This document shows, in pieces, positions 46,664 through 57,887 of a stretch of DNA of 64,000 nt (the stretch's first letter is position 1; each line of letters starts with the position of its first letter). Location: positions 1,620 to 65,619 of the forward strand of contig JBMNSS010000001.1 in the NCBI GenBank assembly GCA_050945315.1. The letters are read 5' to 3'. Under the pieces are notes generated by a model. The model made no database searches, had not been told where the DNA came from, and saw only the letters and a program-made list of their open reading frames with translations. Source of the stretch: Limnochordia bacterium (GTDB lineage: Bacteria; Bacillota; Limnochordia; DTU080). A program made the position numbers and the translations under genes.

Positions 46664-48823
46664 TCATAGCAGTGCTGAAGCGACCGTGAGAAACAGAGCC
46701 ATGGCTAACACTAACAAGTCCTGGCTCCCCAACGCCTGTTGCTTCTCCTCGGTTCGGTGCGCTCCATAACCGCGCATCACCAGAGCCTCGGCCAAAGCAT
46801 CCGCTCGGCGCCACACACCTGCCAGGAGCGGAATCACTAGAGTAACCAATCTGCGATAGAGACCAATGAACCCCGTCTGCAAGTTAGCGCCCCGGGCGGC
46901 TTGGGCCAGTTGTAGCCATGTGGCTTCCGTTCTTACGATAGGTACGAAACGAAAGGCGATCAAGATACCCATACCGAGGCGATCGGGATCAACTCCGGGG
47001 ATCCGGCGCAGCAAGTGGCGAAGACCCCGTACCAAATGATCGGGCTTCGTAGACAATGTCAGCCAACCTACGCTGCTTATCAGCAAAAGCATCTTGGCCG
47101 CCGACCATAGAACCGCATGCAACGTCCCCGTATAATATCTCCAGCTGCCCAGTGTGAAAAGCAGATGCCCCCCGTCTCCCTCGCTGCTAAGCAAGACGGC
47201 AAGACAGGCCAGAGGAAGAAAAGGGCGTATGAAGCGGAAGAAGGACCTCACAGACACCCCCATCAGTCCATAGATCAAGATGAGGCCCCCCGCGGCAATA
47301 GCCAGGGCTTGCCAATCGCCGACAAGTGTAGCCGCTAGGGTCAGGAGGCCGGCAGCCAGGATCTTAGTCCGCGGATCCAGATCGGCGAGCAGGCAAGACC
47401 GGGCATTCTGCATCGCGGTACTTGTGGCGGGTGGCGGGATCCTATCCTCATCACGTAGCACTCGGTGTTCATCAGCCCACTTATCTACGAACTCCTGATC
47501 GTGGGTGGCAACACAACAAGATGCTCCGGTGATCCGAAGATAGTGATCGATGCCACTCATGAGTTGCATGGCAGCCCCCCTATGAAGGCCGACAGTAGGC
47601 TCATCGAGAAAAAAGCAGGGTGTTCCGGCGGCCAAGACAGACGCCAAAACCACCAACCGCTGCTCACCGCCACTCAGAGAAAAGGGATTGCGGCAGCCCA
47701 CGGTCTCGGGATCCAGACCGACACAGCGCAAAGCCATAGCAGCCATCTGCCGGGCTTCTGACCGCGGTCTGCCCAGGTTAAGAGGGGCATACATCACTTC
47801 ATTCCATACTGTATCTGCAAATATCTGTCGCTCCGGATGTTGCAGGGCCATGCTGACTTGACTCTGCAGCCAACGTCTGTCGGCAGCGGTCGCGATCCTC
47901 CGCTCTCCGTAGCACAACACACCGCGCTCCGTCGGCAACAGGCCCGCCAAACGAAGAAGAAGAGTGCTCTTGCCAACCCCGGATTTGCCGACAATAGCCA
48001 TCTTAGATCCAGGCGGAATGACTATCGACAGATCCTGCCCACATGATTCTCCATCCTGCGATGATCCGGAAAGCTCCAGACGCAACTGAGAAGGGGCGCA
48101 TCCAGGTTGGCAGCCACTTGATGCTTCAGGCCAGGGACTTGGGCGATCGCACAGCACCTCAGTAACTGTGGGTGCAGATAAAACATCCTTCGGGTCTCCC
48201 TGAGCGATGATTCGACCTTTTCGAACAGCTACGCTATGAGTGGCTAAGCCAGCTTCGCTGAGGTTGTGAGTGATGTAGATGACCGCAAGATCATAGGTAG
48301 CCATGACCTCCCGAAGTGTCTTGAGAAACAGCTGACGACACTCGTCATCCAGCATACTGGTGGGCTCATCCAGAACCAGCAATGAAGGTCGCATGGCCAA
48401 CAGCCCGGCCAGTACCACCCTTTGACACTCCCCCCCCGATAGACAAAGCGGGTCGCGCTCCATATACGTGGCGTCCAAACCGACTGCTTCCAGGCTTTCC
48501 GTCACACGGACCTCCAGCTCCACTCCGCTCAGGCCATGATTGGCGGGACCAAAGGCAACATCTTCGCCCACCGTTGAGGCTACGATAGAGTTGGTAGCAT
48601 CTTGAGACATCCAACCCAAGCAAAGGCCCTCTTGTCGGTAGATCTCTCCCTCAACCGGTGCCAGCAGTCCGGCAACTAGGCGACCCAAGGTCGACTTGCC
48701 GCTACCAGAGGGCCCAACTACGCTGACCCACTCTCCGCGTTTGACTTCTAAGCTCACGTCGGACAACGCCGGCTGTGGCGAATCCGGATAGCCGAAGGAT
48801 ACGTTTTGCAGGCGTACAAGCAA
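46664..48823 (-). CDS. ecfA: ECF transporter energizing module fused in one polypeptide: EcfA1-EcfA2-EcfT
   Basis: Two complete ABC ATPase domains (Walker A GPSGSGKST and GKSGVGKST; signatures LSGGECQRV and LSGGEQRLV; Walker B LLVLDEPT and FFLDEPT). A C-terminal ~240-aa EcfT/CbiQ-like TM domain begins LDPRTKIL. One uninterrupted frame of 719 aa. Confidence 0.8.
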   Translation of the reverse strand: MLVRLQNVSFGYPDSPQPALSDVSLEVKRGEWVSVVGPSGSGKSTLGRLVAGLLAPVEGEIYRQEGLCLGWMSQDATNSIVASTVGEDVAFGPANHGLSGVELEVRVTESLEAVGLDATYMERDPLCLSGGECQRVVLAGLLAMRPSLLVLDEPTSMLDDECRQLFLKTLREVMATYDLAVIYITHNLSEAGLATHSVAVRKGRIIAQGDPKDVLSAPTVTEVLCDRPSPWPEASSGCQPGCAPSQLRLELSGSSQDGESCGQDLSIVIPPGSKMAIVGKSGVGKSTLLLRLAGLLPTERGVLCYGERRIATAADRRWLQSQVSMALQHPERQIFADTVWNEVMYAPLNLGRPRSEARQMAAMALRCVGLDPETVGCRNPFSLSGGEQRLVVLASVLAAGTPCFFLDEPTVGLHRGAAMQLMSGIDHYLRITGASCCVATHDQEFVDKWADEHRVLRDEDRIPPPATSTAMQNARSCLLADLDPRTKILAAGLLTLAATLVGDWQALAIAAGGLILIYGLMGVSVRSFFRFIRPFLPLACLAVLLSSEGDGGHLLFTLGSWRYYTGTLHAVLWSAAKMLLLISSVGWLTLSTKPDHLVRGLRHLLRRIPGVDPDRLGMGILIAFRFVPIVRTEATWLQLAQAARGANLQTGFIGLYRRLVTLVIPLLAGVWRRADALAEALVMRGYGAHRTEEKQQALGSQDLLVLAMALFLTVASALL

Positions 48824-48858
48824 ACTCGATCATCCGCCCTTAGCGAATATTCTCCGCA

Positions 48859-48895
48859 CAAAAACGGAAAAGGAGCGCGTAGAACCCCGCGCCCC
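48859..48895 (-). terminator. rho-independent terminator after rplQ
   Basis: Minus strand: ggggcgcg-8 nt-cgcgcucc stem, then UUUUCCGUUUUUG, 25 nt past the rplQ stop. Confidence 0.6.
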
Positions 48896-48919
48896 TGCCC
48901 AGTTAAGCGGCGGCAAATA

Positions 48920-49258
48920 CTACACCAATTCGACCAGGGCGATAGGTGCAGCGTCACCACGACGGACTCCAAGCTTAAGCACACGGGTGTATCCCCCGTT
49001 GCGTTCGGTGTACCTTGGGGCCACCTCGTCAAACAACTTCTGAACTGCTTCAGGCTTAGTCAAGAAAGCGGCTGCCTGTCGTCGAGCATGTAGATCGCCG
49101 CGTTTTCCCAAGGTAATCATCTTATCTACCAAAGGTTTGACCGCCTTGGCTTTACTCTCGGTGGTCTGTATTCTTCCGTTCATTACCACCGCAGTTACCA
49201 GGCTGCGGAAAAGGGCACGCCTGTGGGCCTGGGTCCGGCCCAGCTTGTGCTGCCTCAT
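48920..49258 (-). CDS. rplQ: 50S ribosomal protein L17
   Basis: [20 protein letters not shown]...; start at the Met preceded by GGGAGG. Confidence 0.95.
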   Translation of the reverse strand: MRQHKLGRTQAHRRALFRSLVTAVVMNGRIQTTESKAKAVKPLVDKMITLGKRGDLHARRQAAAFLTKPEAVQKLFDEVAPRYTERNGGYTRVLKLGVRRGDAAPIALVELV

Positions 49259-49337
49259 ACAAGAAACCTCCCAGCAAACCGTAGTCACATAAGGCCTCAC
49301 GGCGAACCATCTTCCTGCCGAGCCTTTTTCGAAAAGC

Positions 49338-50279
49338 TTAGTCGTCCGACTCCCGCAAGGACAGGTTCAGGGCCGCGAGTTTCTCTTTGACTTCTTGTAA
49401 CGACTTCTTGCCTAGATTCCGTACCTTCATCATATCTTCTTCGGTACGGCGTGTAAGCTCTTCCACGGTGTTGATTCCCGCTCGCTTCAGGCAGTTGTAG
49501 GAACGAACGGAGAGGTCGAGTTCTTCGATGGTCATCTCCATCAAACGATCCTTCTCTTCCTCTTCCTTTTCGACCATGATCTCCAGATCGCTGGCGCTCT
49601 CGGTCAAATCCATGAACAAGCGTAGGTGCTCGATCACGATTTTGGCTGAAAGACTGACTGCTTCATTCGGAGCGATACTCCCATCCGTCCATACTTCAAG
49701 AATAAGACGGTCGAAGTCTGTGCGTTGTCCGACGCGAGTACTCTCCACTTGGTAGCTCACTTTGGTGACCGGACTGAAAATCGAGTCAACGGGGATCACA
49801 CCGATGGCGTGATTCTCACCTTTGTTACTCTCCGCCGAGACATAGCCTCTGCCGCGTTCCAGAGTCATTTCGAGTTCGAGGCGGCCACCGCGATCCAAAG
49901 TAGCGATGTGAAGATCGGGATTCAAAATCTCTACCTGGCTGGGAACTTCAATATCAGCCGCACGGACTTCGCCCTCTTGCGTGGCCACGATACGCGCCGT
50001 AACGGGCTCGTCACTGTGCAGTTTCAAAAGTAAGTTCTTCAGGTTCAAAATGATCTCCGTGGTATCCTCGACAACCCCGGGGATAGTCGAGAACTCATGG
50101 AGAACACCGTCGATCCGTACGGAAGTTACCGCGGCCCCGGGAAGCGAGGAAAGCAGAACGCGCCGCAATGAATTGCCAAGCGTGTTTCCGAAACCTCGCT
50201 CCAGAGGTTCCACAACGAATCTGCCGTAATTTCCGTCGAGCTCCGTTGTCTCTATTCTCGGCTTCTCAATCTCAAGCAT
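49338..50279 (-). CDS. rpoA: DNA-directed RNA polymerase alpha subunit
   Basis: [14 protein letters not shown]...[17 protein letters not shown]; alpha NTD and CTD. Confidence 0.95.
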   Translation of the reverse strand: MLEIEKPRIETTELDGNYGRFVVEPLERGFGNTLGNSLRRVLLSSLPGAAVTSVRIDGVLHEFSTIPGVVEDTTEIILNLKNLLLKLHSDEPVTARIVATQEGEVRAADIEVPSQVEILNPDLHIATLDRGGRLELEMTLERGRGYVSAESNKGENHAIGVIPVDSIFSPVTKVSYQVESTRVGQRTDFDRLILEVWTDGSIAPNEAVSLSAKIVIEHLRLFMDLTESASDLEIMVEKEEEEKDRLMEMTIEELDLSVRSYNCLKRAGINTVEELTRRTEEDMMKVRNLGKKSLQEVKEKLAALNLSLRESDD

Positions 50280-50375
50280 CGCCTAAGACCCCCTTCAAAC
50301 GTCCATCTGATGACGCCGAGTCCAGCGGCGCCAACCGTCCCTGGCTGGCCTAGTGTTTGAGTGGCTGCCGAGACA

Positions 50376-51002
50376 CTAACGAGAGTAGTGCTCTACAATC
50401 AGGTGTTCCTGAACGGCCAGATCCATCTGTTCACGCGTCGGAACGGCCAGTACCTTACCGGTCTGTTGTTCCCAGTCAACTTCCAGCCATTCCGGAAGGC
50501 CCCTTGATGAAGCGGCTTCGATACTGCTCTTGACGAGAGGGATATTCCGGCTGCCTTCCTTGACAGCTACGATATCTCCCGCACGGACTTCATAGGACGG
50601 GATGTCCACTTTACGTCCGTTGACTCGAATGTGCCCGTGCAAGACGAGTTGACGAGCGGCCGGACGTGACGGAGAAAAGCCCATGCGGTAAACAATGTTG
50701 TCCAGCCGGCATTCGAGGATCTGCAACAGGTTTTCGCCTGTGACGCCTTGCCGTCGATTGGCCACATCAAAGTAGCGCTCAAACTGTCTCTCAAGAACTC
50801 CATACATACGGCGCAGTTTCTGCTTCTCGCGCAGATGGATTCCGTACTCAGTCACCTTTCTGCGCCCTTGCCCATGCTGCCCCGGTGGATACGTACGTCT
50901 GTCAACCGGGCACTTGTTGGTGTAGCACTTCTCACCTTTTAGGAAGAGCTTTTCGCCCTCCCGTCTGCAGAGCCGACACACAGCATCTTTATATCGTGCC
51001 AT
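50376..51002 (-). CDS. rpsD: 30S ribosomal protein S4
   Basis: [26 protein letters not shown] (Zn-binding N-terminus) and an S4 domain. Confidence 0.95.
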   Translation of the reverse strand: MARYKDAVCRLCRREGEKLFLKGEKCYTNKCPVDRRTYPPGQHGQGRRKVTEYGIHLREKQKLRRMYGVLERQFERYFDVANRRQGVTGENLLQILECRLDNIVYRMGFSPSRPAARQLVLHGHIRVNGRKVDIPSYEVRAGDIVAVKEGSRNIPLVKSSIEAASSRGLPEWLEVDWEQQTGKVLAVPTREQMDLAVQEHLIVEHYSR

Positions 51003-51041
51003 ATTCCTTTTGTCACACCTCCTGCATAAATCCGCTGTCAG

Positions 51042-51437
51042 TTACACGCGACGCCGCTTTGGAGGACGGCAACCGTTGTGGGGGATGGGGGTGACATCTT
51101 TGATCAGGCTAACCTCTAGGCCCGCTGCTTGAAGCGAACGAATAGCTGTCTCGCGCCCTGCACCCGGTCCCTTCACATAGACCTCAACTTCACGCATGCC
51201 GTGATCCATAGCCGCCCGGGCGGCCGCTTCGGCTGCCATGCCCGCGGCAAAAGGCGTGCTCTTGCGCGAACCCTTAAAACCCTGGGTTCCTGAAGTAGCC
51301 CAAGAGATGACAGCGCCTTGCCTGTCCGTGATAGTAACCGTTGTGTTGTTAAAGGTCGATTTAATGTGAGCAATGCCCACCGGAATGTTCTTGCGTTCAC
51401 GCCTTCTGGGCCTAGCGCCACGTCTTGGTCTGGCCAA
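51042..51437 (-). CDS. rpsK: 30S ribosomal protein S11
   Basis: [18 protein letters not shown]...[13 protein letters not shown]. Confidence 0.95.
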   Translation of the reverse strand: MARPRRGARPRRRERKNIPVGIAHIKSTFNNTTVTITDRQGAVISWATSGTQGFKGSRKSTPFAAGMAAEAAARAAMDHGMREVEVYVKGPGAGRETAIRSLQAAGLEVSLIKDVTPIPHNGCRPPKRRRV

Positions 51438-51449
51438 TTATCTTCCCTC

Positions 51450-51824
51450 CTAACTGCTTCTGCGCTTTCCGCCTACACTACGTGAAGGTCCTTTACGCGT
51501 CCGCGCGTTCGTCCGCGTTCTCTGACCCCGACTAGGCAAACCGCGTCTGTGTCTTAGTCCTCTGTAGCTGCCGATGTCGATCAGGCGTTTAACGTCCATC
51601 TGAACCCTGCGCCGCAGATCCCCTTCGACAACGTAGTCGTGGTCTATTACTTCGCGCAGGCGTGCAGTCTCATCTTCTGTAAGGTCGCGTACTCTGGTTT
51701 CCGGGTTGATTCCGGTCTTTTCAAGGATTTCCTTGGACCGACTGAGCCCAATGCCGTAAATGTATGTCAGAGCGACCTCGACTCTCTTATCGCGCGGTAG
51801 GTCTACCCCCGCAATACGTGCCAC
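51450..51824 (-). CDS. rpsM: 30S ribosomal protein S13
   Basis: [26 protein letters not shown]. Confidence 0.95.
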   Translation of the reverse strand: MARIAGVDLPRDKRVEVALTYIYGIGLSRSKEILEKTGINPETRVRDLTEDETARLREVIDHDYVVEGDLRRRVQMDVKRLIDIGSYRGLRHRRGLPSRGQRTRTNARTRKGPSRSVGGKRRSS

Positions 51825-51842
51825 GCATTTCCACCCCCGCTA

Positions 51843-51956
51843 TTAGCCTTGCACCTGCTTGTGTTTCGGATTCTCGCAAATCACTCGGACTTTACCTTTG
51901 CGACGTATGACTGTGCACTTGTCGCAGATCGGTTTCACGGAAGCTCGAACCTTCAC
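51843..51956 (-). CDS. rpmJ: 50S ribosomal protein L36 (Zn-ribbon form)
   Basis: Not in the ORF track because it is under 60 aa. Translating the minus strand gives [37 protein letters not shown], with a GTG start after AAGGAGG. Confidence 0.85.
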   Translation of the reverse strand: MKVRASVKPICDKCTVIRRKGKVRVICENPKHKQVQG

Positions 51957-52003
51957 AACCGACGCCTCCTTATATGGATACCAGCAACTGCGGTAGTCGT
52001 CAT

Positions 52004-52222
52004 CTATCTTTTACGGTAGGTGATACGACCGCGGCTCAAATCGTAGGGCGACAACTCAACAGTCACTGTGTCTCCGGGCAAAATACGAATGAAATTCATC
52101 CGCATTTTACCTGAAATATGAGCCAGGACTTCGTGACCGTTATCCAACTCCACGCGAAACATAGCATTTGGCAACGCTTCGGCCACTGTGCCCTCCATTT
52201 CAATGACATCCTGTTTCGCCAA
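52004..52222 (-). CDS. infA: translation initiation factor IF-1
   Basis: [40 protein letters not shown]...; start trimmed to a TTG after AAGGGGG, giving 72 aa. Confidence 0.9.
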   Translation of the reverse strand: MAKQDVIEMEGTVAEALPNAMFRVELDNGHEVLAHISGKMRMNFIRILPGDTVTVELSPYDLSRGRITYRKR

Positions 52223-52300
52223 CGTCGAACACCCCCTTAGGATTACGCTAGATGTCTTACGCGCACACTCAAACATTTTATCACATATGAGTGTAGCCCG

Positions 52301-53056
52301 CTACAACAGATCCATCACCGTTAGAATCTCAGGTTCGCCTTCAGTCACCGCCACAGTGTGTTCGAAATGCGCTGACAACCGCGAATCACAAGTGACGACG
52401 GTCCATCCGTCATCGAGCACTGTCACATCCGGTGCACCTGCATTGACCATAGGCTCAATCGCCAGGCACATCCCCGCTCGAAGGCGTGGACCTCGCCCGG
52501 GCGGACCGAAGTTTGGAATCTGAGGTGCCTCATGCATTGCCATGCCGATTCCATGGCCTACGAAGTCCCTGACCACGGAAAAACCCGAACTTTCAACGTG
52601 CGTCTGCACCGCATGTGAGATATCCGATAGGCGATTTCCCACTCGCGCTTGAGCAATGCCGCGGTACAGAGCTTCCTTTGTGACATCCAGCAATCGCTGA
52701 GCCTCTGCACTGATCTCGCCTACTCCGTAAGTCACAGCCGCGTCGCCATGGAATCCGTCGACAATTGCACCGATATCTATACCGATGATATCCCCATCCT
52801 GCAGAACCTGCTCGCTGGGTATACCATGTACCACTACTTCATTTACCGATGTGCAAATGCTCGCCGGGAAGCCCTGGTACCCCTTGAATGAAGGAACGAC
52901 TCCCTCTTTCATGAAGAAGCTGTACACCGCTTCGTCAAGCTCGGAGGTCCGGACGCCAGGTTTGATCAGTTCAGCCAGGAGTTGATGGGCCCTGGCCACG
53001 GCACGGCCTGCGCGCCTCATCCGCTCTAGCTCATCGCCAGACTTAATGAATATCAT
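52301..53056 (-). CDS. map: type I methionine aminopeptidase
   Basis: Pita-bread fold with metal ligands D, D, H, E, E in conserved context. Confidence 0.95.
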   Translation of the reverse strand: MIFIKSGDELERMRRAGRAVARAHQLLAELIKPGVRTSELDEAVYSFFMKEGVVPSFKGYQGFPASICTSVNEVVVHGIPSEQVLQDGDIIGIDIGAIVDGFHGDAAVTYGVGEISAEAQRLLDVTKEALYRGIAQARVGNRLSDISHAVQTHVESSGFSVVRDFVGHGIGMAMHEAPQIPNFGPPGRGPRLRAGMCLAIEPMVNAGAPDVTVLDDGWTVVTCDSRLSAHFEHTVAVTEGEPEILTVMDLL

Positions 53057-53736
53057 TTGTCCACCTCATGCGTAATCGCATCGCAGGGCTTGGACGTCTT
53101 GATGATTCCCATCCTCGCCAGTCGCTGGCATATCTGCATAAACACCCGATCTATCGGCTGGAGACCGTTGACCGGAACCAAACGTCCCTGCTCCCTATAG
53201 TAATCGACTACAGGTTGTGTCTGTACCATGTACACCTCGAGACGATGCCGTGCGATCTCCGGAGTGTCATCCGGACGTTGTATCAGGGGCCCTCCACACT
53301 CCTTGCAGACCTCAGATCCCGGATCACCGGTGCTTCCGCATTGACTACATACTTTACGGTTCGCGATCCTGCGAATAGCCTCCGCCTCAGAAATCTGGAT
53401 GTTGATGGCCGCGTCGATCGCCATGTGCATCGAGGCCAAAGCGGCATCAAGGTCTTCCGCTTGAGGCACCGTACGGGGAAAGCCGTCCAATATAAATCCA
53501 TGACGACAATCCTCTTGGCTCAATCTCTCCTTGACGATTTCTGCGGCCACACCGTCAGGAACTAGCTCCCCTCTGTCAATGTACCATCTAGCCCTTCGGC
53601 CCAGGTCATTGTTCAGCTGCATGGCGGCCCGAAACATACTTCCCGTCGATATGTGTGGGATGGAGAATGTCTGGGCCAAGAGCCTTCCATGGGTCCCCTT
53701 ACCTGCCGCCGGCAGACCCAACATTACCAAACGCAT
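53053..53736 (-). CDS. adk: adenylate kinase (Zn-lid form)
   Basis: P-loop GLPAAGKGT; ISTGSMFRAA; lid CSQCGSTGDPGSEVCKECGG. Confidence 0.9.
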   Translation of the reverse strand: MRLVMLGLPAAGKGTHGRLLAQTFSIPHISTGSMFRAAMQLNNDLGRRARWYIDRGELVPDGVAAEIVKERLSQEDCRHGFILDGFPRTVPQAEDLDAALASMHMAIDAAINIQISEAEAIRRIANRKVCSQCGSTGDPGSEVCKECGGPLIQRPDDTPEIARHRLEVYMVQTQPVVDYYREQGRLVPVNGLQPIDRVFMQICQRLARMGIIKTSKPCDAITHEVDK

Positions 53737-53753
53737 GCCAATGCTCCCCCGTC

Positions 53754-55022
53754 TTATTTCATGAAGCCTTCGTAGTGCCGCAACAACAAGTGCGCTTCTA
53801 TCTGCTTCATTGTGTCGAGGGCCACGCCAACCACGATCAGCATGCCTGTGCCCCCGAAGAACATGAACTGGGACGGCATGCGCGTGATAGCAGACATTAT
53901 GGTCGGCAACACGGCGATTACCGCCAAGAACAGAGCACCGAACAGCGTGATCCGGGTCAACACCCGATCAAGGTACTCCGCGGTAGGTCGTCCCGGCCGC
54001 AAGCCTGGGATAAACCCGCCATTCTTTCTCATGTTTCCCGCTATCTCTACAGGGTTGAACGTCACTGCCGTGTAGAAATAGGTGAAGAAGACCACCAGAG
54101 CTACATAGACCAGATTATAGCCTATGGTACCGTAGCCCAAGAACCGTGAGATGGCCCCCAAGGCCGGCGCGAACTGAGCCAGCGTCAGAGGAAATGTCAA
54201 AACGGAGTTGGCAAAGATCACAGGTATTACACCGGCCTGGTTGATCCGCAGAGGGATATGCGTAGACTGACCGCCATACATCCTACGCCCGACAACCTTC
54301 TTGGCGTATTGTACGGGAATTCTCCGCTGCCCCTCTTGAACGATCACGACACCGGCGATCACCACGACAGTCAACACGAGAAACAGAATGAAACTCAATG
54401 GGTTGATTCCGCCCCTACCGACACTCTGTGCGGCCTGCACAAATCCTTGAGGTAGACGAGCGATGATCCCGGTGAAAATGATCAGTGAGACTCCGTTACC
54501 CAGTCCTTTCTGAGAGATCTTCTCACCCAGCCACATGAGGAAGACCGTGCCTGCCGTTAGCGTAACCACGATCAGTGACATGGTGAAGAAGTTCGGATTG
54601 GCGACCACACCCATGTTGCGGGCCAGTGCCGTAATACTGATGGCTTGAATGAGCCCCAAAACCACCGTTCCGTAACGCGTGTACTGCTGTAACCGCTTGC
54701 GCCCCTCTACACCTTCTTTGGCCATCTCTTCTAGTTGCGGAATGACAACCTGGAGCAGCTGGACAATGATCGAAGCTGTAATGTAGGGGTTAACCCCCAT
54801 GGCAAAGATGGTAAAACGTCCCAGTGCTCCGCCGGAGAATAGGTCAAGGAAACCGAAAATGTTTCCCTGACCTACACCCAGACTCTCGGCCAATGCACTG
54901 GCATCCACCCCCGGCACCGGGACGTGCGACCCCAATCGAAAGACCGCAAGCAGCGCCGCCGTATATAGGATCTTGGCGCGTAGATCGCCGATCCTTAGTG
55001 CATTGCGGAGGGCCTTCAGCAC
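53754..55022 (-). CDS. secY: preprotein translocase subunit SecY
   Basis: 10 TM helices with SecY signature regions. Confidence 0.95.
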   Translation of the reverse strand: MLKALRNALRIGDLRAKILYTAALLAVFRLGSHVPVPGVDASALAESLGVGQGNIFGFLDLFSGGALGRFTIFAMGVNPYITASIIVQLLQVVIPQLEEMAKEGVEGRKRLQQYTRYGTVVLGLIQAISITALARNMGVVANPNFFTMSLIVVTLTAGTVFLMWLGEKISQKGLGNGVSLIIFTGIIARLPQGFVQAAQSVGRGGINPLSFILFLVLTVVVIAGVVIVQEGQRRIPVQYAKKVVGRRMYGGQSTHIPLRINQAGVIPVIFANSVLTFPLTLAQFAPALGAISRFLGYGTIGYNLVYVALVVFFTYFYTAVTFNPVEIAGNMRKNGGFIPGLRPGRPTAEYLDRVLTRITLFGALFLAVIAVLPTIMSAITRMPSQFMFFGGTGMLIVVGVALDTMKQIEAHLLLRHYEGFMK

Positions 55023-55466
55023 TTAGATCACCTCTATCGTGCCGCCAGCCGCCGCGATCTTTTCGGCCGCCGACTTACTGAATGCATGAGCTTTTACCGT
55101 AAGCGCGCTGTCGATCTCACCGTCTCCTAAGACCTTTACGCCGCTCCCGAGACTCTTGATCAGTCTCGTCTCTACGAGCAGTTCAGGCGTCACTACAGTA
55201 CCCGGCTCAAAACCGGCCAACTGCCCTACATTCACGAGAGCGAATTCCTTACTGAACGGATAGTTGCTGAAGCCGCGCTTAGGCAGTCGCTGCTGCAACG
55301 GACGTTGTCCGCCTTCAAAACCGCGCCCTTTGGTACCTCCGGAACGTGAGCCCTGTCCCTTTTGGCCACGTCCGCTGGTCTTTCCGTGGCCGGATCCTAT
55401 GCCGCGCCCCACACGCGTCCGGCTCTTCTTTGCCCCGGGATTTGGCCCAATCTCGTGCAATCTCAC
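55023..55466 (-). CDS. rplO: 50S ribosomal protein L15
   Basis: [37 protein letters not shown]; GTG start after GGGGGTG. Confidence 0.9.
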   Translation of the reverse strand: MRLHEIGPNPGAKKSRTRVGRGIGSGHGKTSGRGQKGQGSRSGGTKGRGFEGGQRPLQQRLPKRGFSNYPFSKEFALVNVGQLAGFEPGTVVTPELLVETRLIKSLGSGVKVLGDGEIDSALTVKAHAFSKSAAEKIAAAGGTIEVI

Positions 55467-55535
55467 GTTGCACACCCCCTGATTCTAAAAGAGCACCGCG
55501 CATCCCCCGGATCAAGGGGGTCCTCGCGATGTTTG

Positions 55536-55718
55536 CTATGACTCTTCAACCTCAACCAGATGACGCACTTTGAAAATCATACCGCGTACGCTCGGGTTGT
55601 CTTCCTTCTCGATTGTGGAATACAGTTTACGAAAGCCCAGGGCTTTCAAAGTATCCTTCTGGTCTTGCGGACAACCAATGCCGCTTCTTTTCCACGTGAT
55701 CCTCAACTTCCCGGACAC
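55536..55718 (-). CDS. rpmD: 50S ribosomal protein L30
   Basis: [28 protein letters not shown]. Confidence 0.9.
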   Translation of the reverse strand: MSGKLRITWKRSGIGCPQDQKDTLKALGFRKLYSTIEKEDNPSVRGMIFKVRHLVEVEES

Positions 55719-55747
55719 AACTGAAACCCCCTTACACCGCTGCGCCG

Positions 55748-56263
55748 CTAGCCAATGATCTCCTGTACCGCCTTTCCGCGGGTACCGGCGATCTCTTCAG
55801 GCGTTCGCAGTTCAGTCAAAGCCTTCATGGTCGCTCGTACTACGTTGAGCGGATTGCTGCTGCCAAGCGACTTGGTTAGGACATCACGCACGCCTGCAGC
55901 TTCCACTACGGCACGAACGGCACCGCCGGCGATTACTCCTGTTCCCTCTGAGGCAGGCCGCAGGAGGACCCTTGCCCCACCGTATCGTGTGGTGATGGGG
56001 TGAGGAATCGTATGGCCGGCCAAAGGCACCGCGATCATGCTCTTCTTTGCGTCGTCAACGGCCTTGCGTATGGCATCAGAAATCTCCTTGGCCTTACCGG
56101 TACCCGCACCGACATGGCCACGCCCGTCTCCGACCACTACGACGGCAGCGAAACTGCGTGTGCGGCCCCCCTTAGCGGTCTTAGATACGGGGTTGATGCT
56201 GACTACCTTCTCTTCGAGTTCTCCAAGCGTATCGGCATCTACGCGCCGCGAACTCAATGACAC
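55748..56263 (-). CDS. rpsE: 30S ribosomal protein S5
   Basis: [48 protein letters not shown] start preferred; an alternative ATG at 56290 would add 9 aa. Confidence 0.9.
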   Translation of the reverse strand: MSLSSRRVDADTLGELEEKVVSINPVSKTAKGGRTRSFAAVVVVGDGRGHVGAGTGKAKEISDAIRKAVDDAKKSMIAVPLAGHTIPHPITTRYGGARVLLRPASEGTGVIAGGAVRAVVEAAGVRDVLTKSLGSSNPLNVVRATMKALTELRTPEEIAGTRGKAVQEIIG

Positions 56264-56296
56264 CTTCTCACGCCCCTTTGCTAACTCCATACGACT

Positions 56297-56662
56297 CTAA
56301 AACTCTAATCCTTCACTGCGCGCTCCCTCGGCCAGAGCGGCGACGCGACCGTGATACGCGTTGCCCCCGCGATCGAAGACAACCCGTCTGATGCCTTGTT
56401 CCAGGGCGCGCCGAGCTATGACTTCGCCAACCGTACGAGCAGCTTGGCGATCTTTGGTGCTCTTCAGATCCTTACTCACTTCATCTTCCAAGGTCGATGC
56501 CGCTACTAGGGTATGGCCCTTGCTGTCATCGATTATCTGCGCGTGGATATGATGAAGGCTTCGATACACCGCCAGTCTCGGCTTCTCGGCTGTACCGGCG
56601 ATGCGCTTGCGCAGACGCTTCTGTCTTTTAATCCGTTGTGCTTTGCGATCTATCTCCGCCAT
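56297..56662 (-). CDS. rplR: 50S ribosomal protein L18
   Basis: [18 protein letters not shown]... Confidence 0.95.
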   Translation of the reverse strand: MAEIDRKAQRIKRQKRLRKRIAGTAEKPRLAVYRSLHHIHAQIIDDSKGHTLVAASTLEDEVSKDLKSTKDRQAARTVGEVIARRALEQGIRRVVFDRGGNAYHGRVAALAEGARSEGLEF

Positions 56663-56684
56663 CGTTCCTTCACTCCCGACCGAG

Positions 56685-57233
56685 CTAGTTATCGCTCACC
56701 CTGCCAGCCTTACCGGCTTTTCTTCTAATTCGCTCGTTGGCATATCGAATTCCCTTGCCAAGATAGGGCTCAGGAGGACGTACGAAGCGAATATCTGCAG
56801 CCACAGCTCCAACAGCCTCTTTGTCAATGCCACGAACACTGATCCGGGTCGGTGCCGGCACGTCAATCTCTACACCGTCACGCGGTTCGATCTCCACCGG
56901 ATGCGAATAGCCGACCTGAAGCACGAGCTTGGTGCCTTGCTTGCTGGCCCGATAACCTACTCCGCTGATTTCGAGATCCTTTACGAAGCCGTTGGTCACG
57001 CCCTCAATCATGTTGCTGATCAATGTACGTGTCAGACCGTGCAAGGCGCGATGCCTTTTCTCATCTGAGGGGCGGCTTACAATGATCTCACCGTCGACGA
57101 GCTCTATCTTCATCTCGGGATGTAGCTCTCTGTTCAGCTGACCTTTGGGTCCTTTTACCTGCACCCGATTGCCTTTGATATCTATCTCAACCCCGGCAGG
57201 AACGGGGATCGGCTTCTTCCCGATTCTCGACAC
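56685..57233 (-). CDS. rplF: 50S ribosomal protein L6
   Basis: [30 protein letters not shown]; GTG start after AGGGAGG. Confidence 0.9.
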   Translation of the reverse strand: MSRIGKKPIPVPAGVEIDIKGNRVQVKGPKGQLNRELHPEMKIELVDGEIIVSRPSDEKRHRALHGLTRTLISNMIEGVTNGFVKDLEISGVGYRASKQGTKLVLQVGYSHPVEIEPRDGVEIDVPAPTRISVRGIDKEAVGAVAADIRFVRPPEPYLGKGIRYANERIRRKAGKAGRVSDN

Positions 57234-57258
57234 GACGATCCTCCCTTTCTGGGCAAGG

Positions 57259-57657
57259 TTACCAGACGTAACAAATAACCTCGCCGCCCACACCGGCCTT
57301 CCGTGCAGTTCGATCAGTCATAACTCCCTGGGATGTCGACAGCACTGCGCAGCCAAGGCCTCCCAGCACTCGGGGAATCTCCTCATGTCTGGCATACACC
57401 CGCAGACCAGGCTTACTGATACGCTTGATACCGGAAATGGCCTTCTGCTTATTGGGGCCGTACTTCAGAAACACTCGAATCATGCTACGCCCATCTTCAT
57501 CCACGATCTTGCAATCCCGGATATAGCCCTCTTCTTTGAGGACTCTGGCAAGCTCCTGCTTCAAGCGGGAAGCCGGAATGTCAACCTGATCGTGGTTGGC
57601 AGAGCTGGCGTTGCGTATACGCGTCAGCATGTCGGCGATTGGATCAGTCATCACCAT
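57259..57657 (-). CDS. rpsH: 30S ribosomal protein S8
   Basis: [17 protein letters not shown]. Confidence 0.95.
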   Translation of the reverse strand: MVMTDPIADMLTRIRNASSANHDQVDIPASRLKQELARVLKEEGYIRDCKIVDEDGRSMIRVFLKYGPNKQKAISGIKRISKPGLRVYARHEEIPRVLGGLGCAVLSTSQGVMTDRTARKAGVGGEVICYVW

Positions 57658-57684
57658 CTACATCGCTCCCCCCTTCGAACGCAC

Positions 57685-57870
57685 CTACCAACTAGCCTTC
57701 GTTACTCCTGGGATCTGGCCCTGATGGGCTAGCTCCCTAAAGCAAATACGGCACATCTGAAAATCTCGAATAAAGCCCCGCGGACGACCACAAATGCGGC
57801 AACGATTTGTATGGCGAACCGCGTACTTAAGCGATCCCTTTTTTCTGACGATCTTCGATTTCTTGGCCAC
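57685..57870 (-). CDS. rpsN: 30S ribosomal protein S14 type Z (Zn-ribbon)
   Basis: 61 aa; [20 protein letters not shown] (C4). Confidence 0.95.
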   Translation of the reverse strand: MAKKSKIVRKKGSLKYAVRHTNRCRICGRPRGFIRDFQMCRICFRELAHQGQIPGVTKASW

Positions 57871-57887
57871 GCTAAGCCTCCTTTGAA

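Noticed and set aside
54258-54455. Several 60-90-aa ORFs on the plus strand inside the ribosomal cluster
   Set aside because: All lie antisense within strongly supported r-protein/secY genes. The same reasoning applies to the many other short antisense ORFs in the track.
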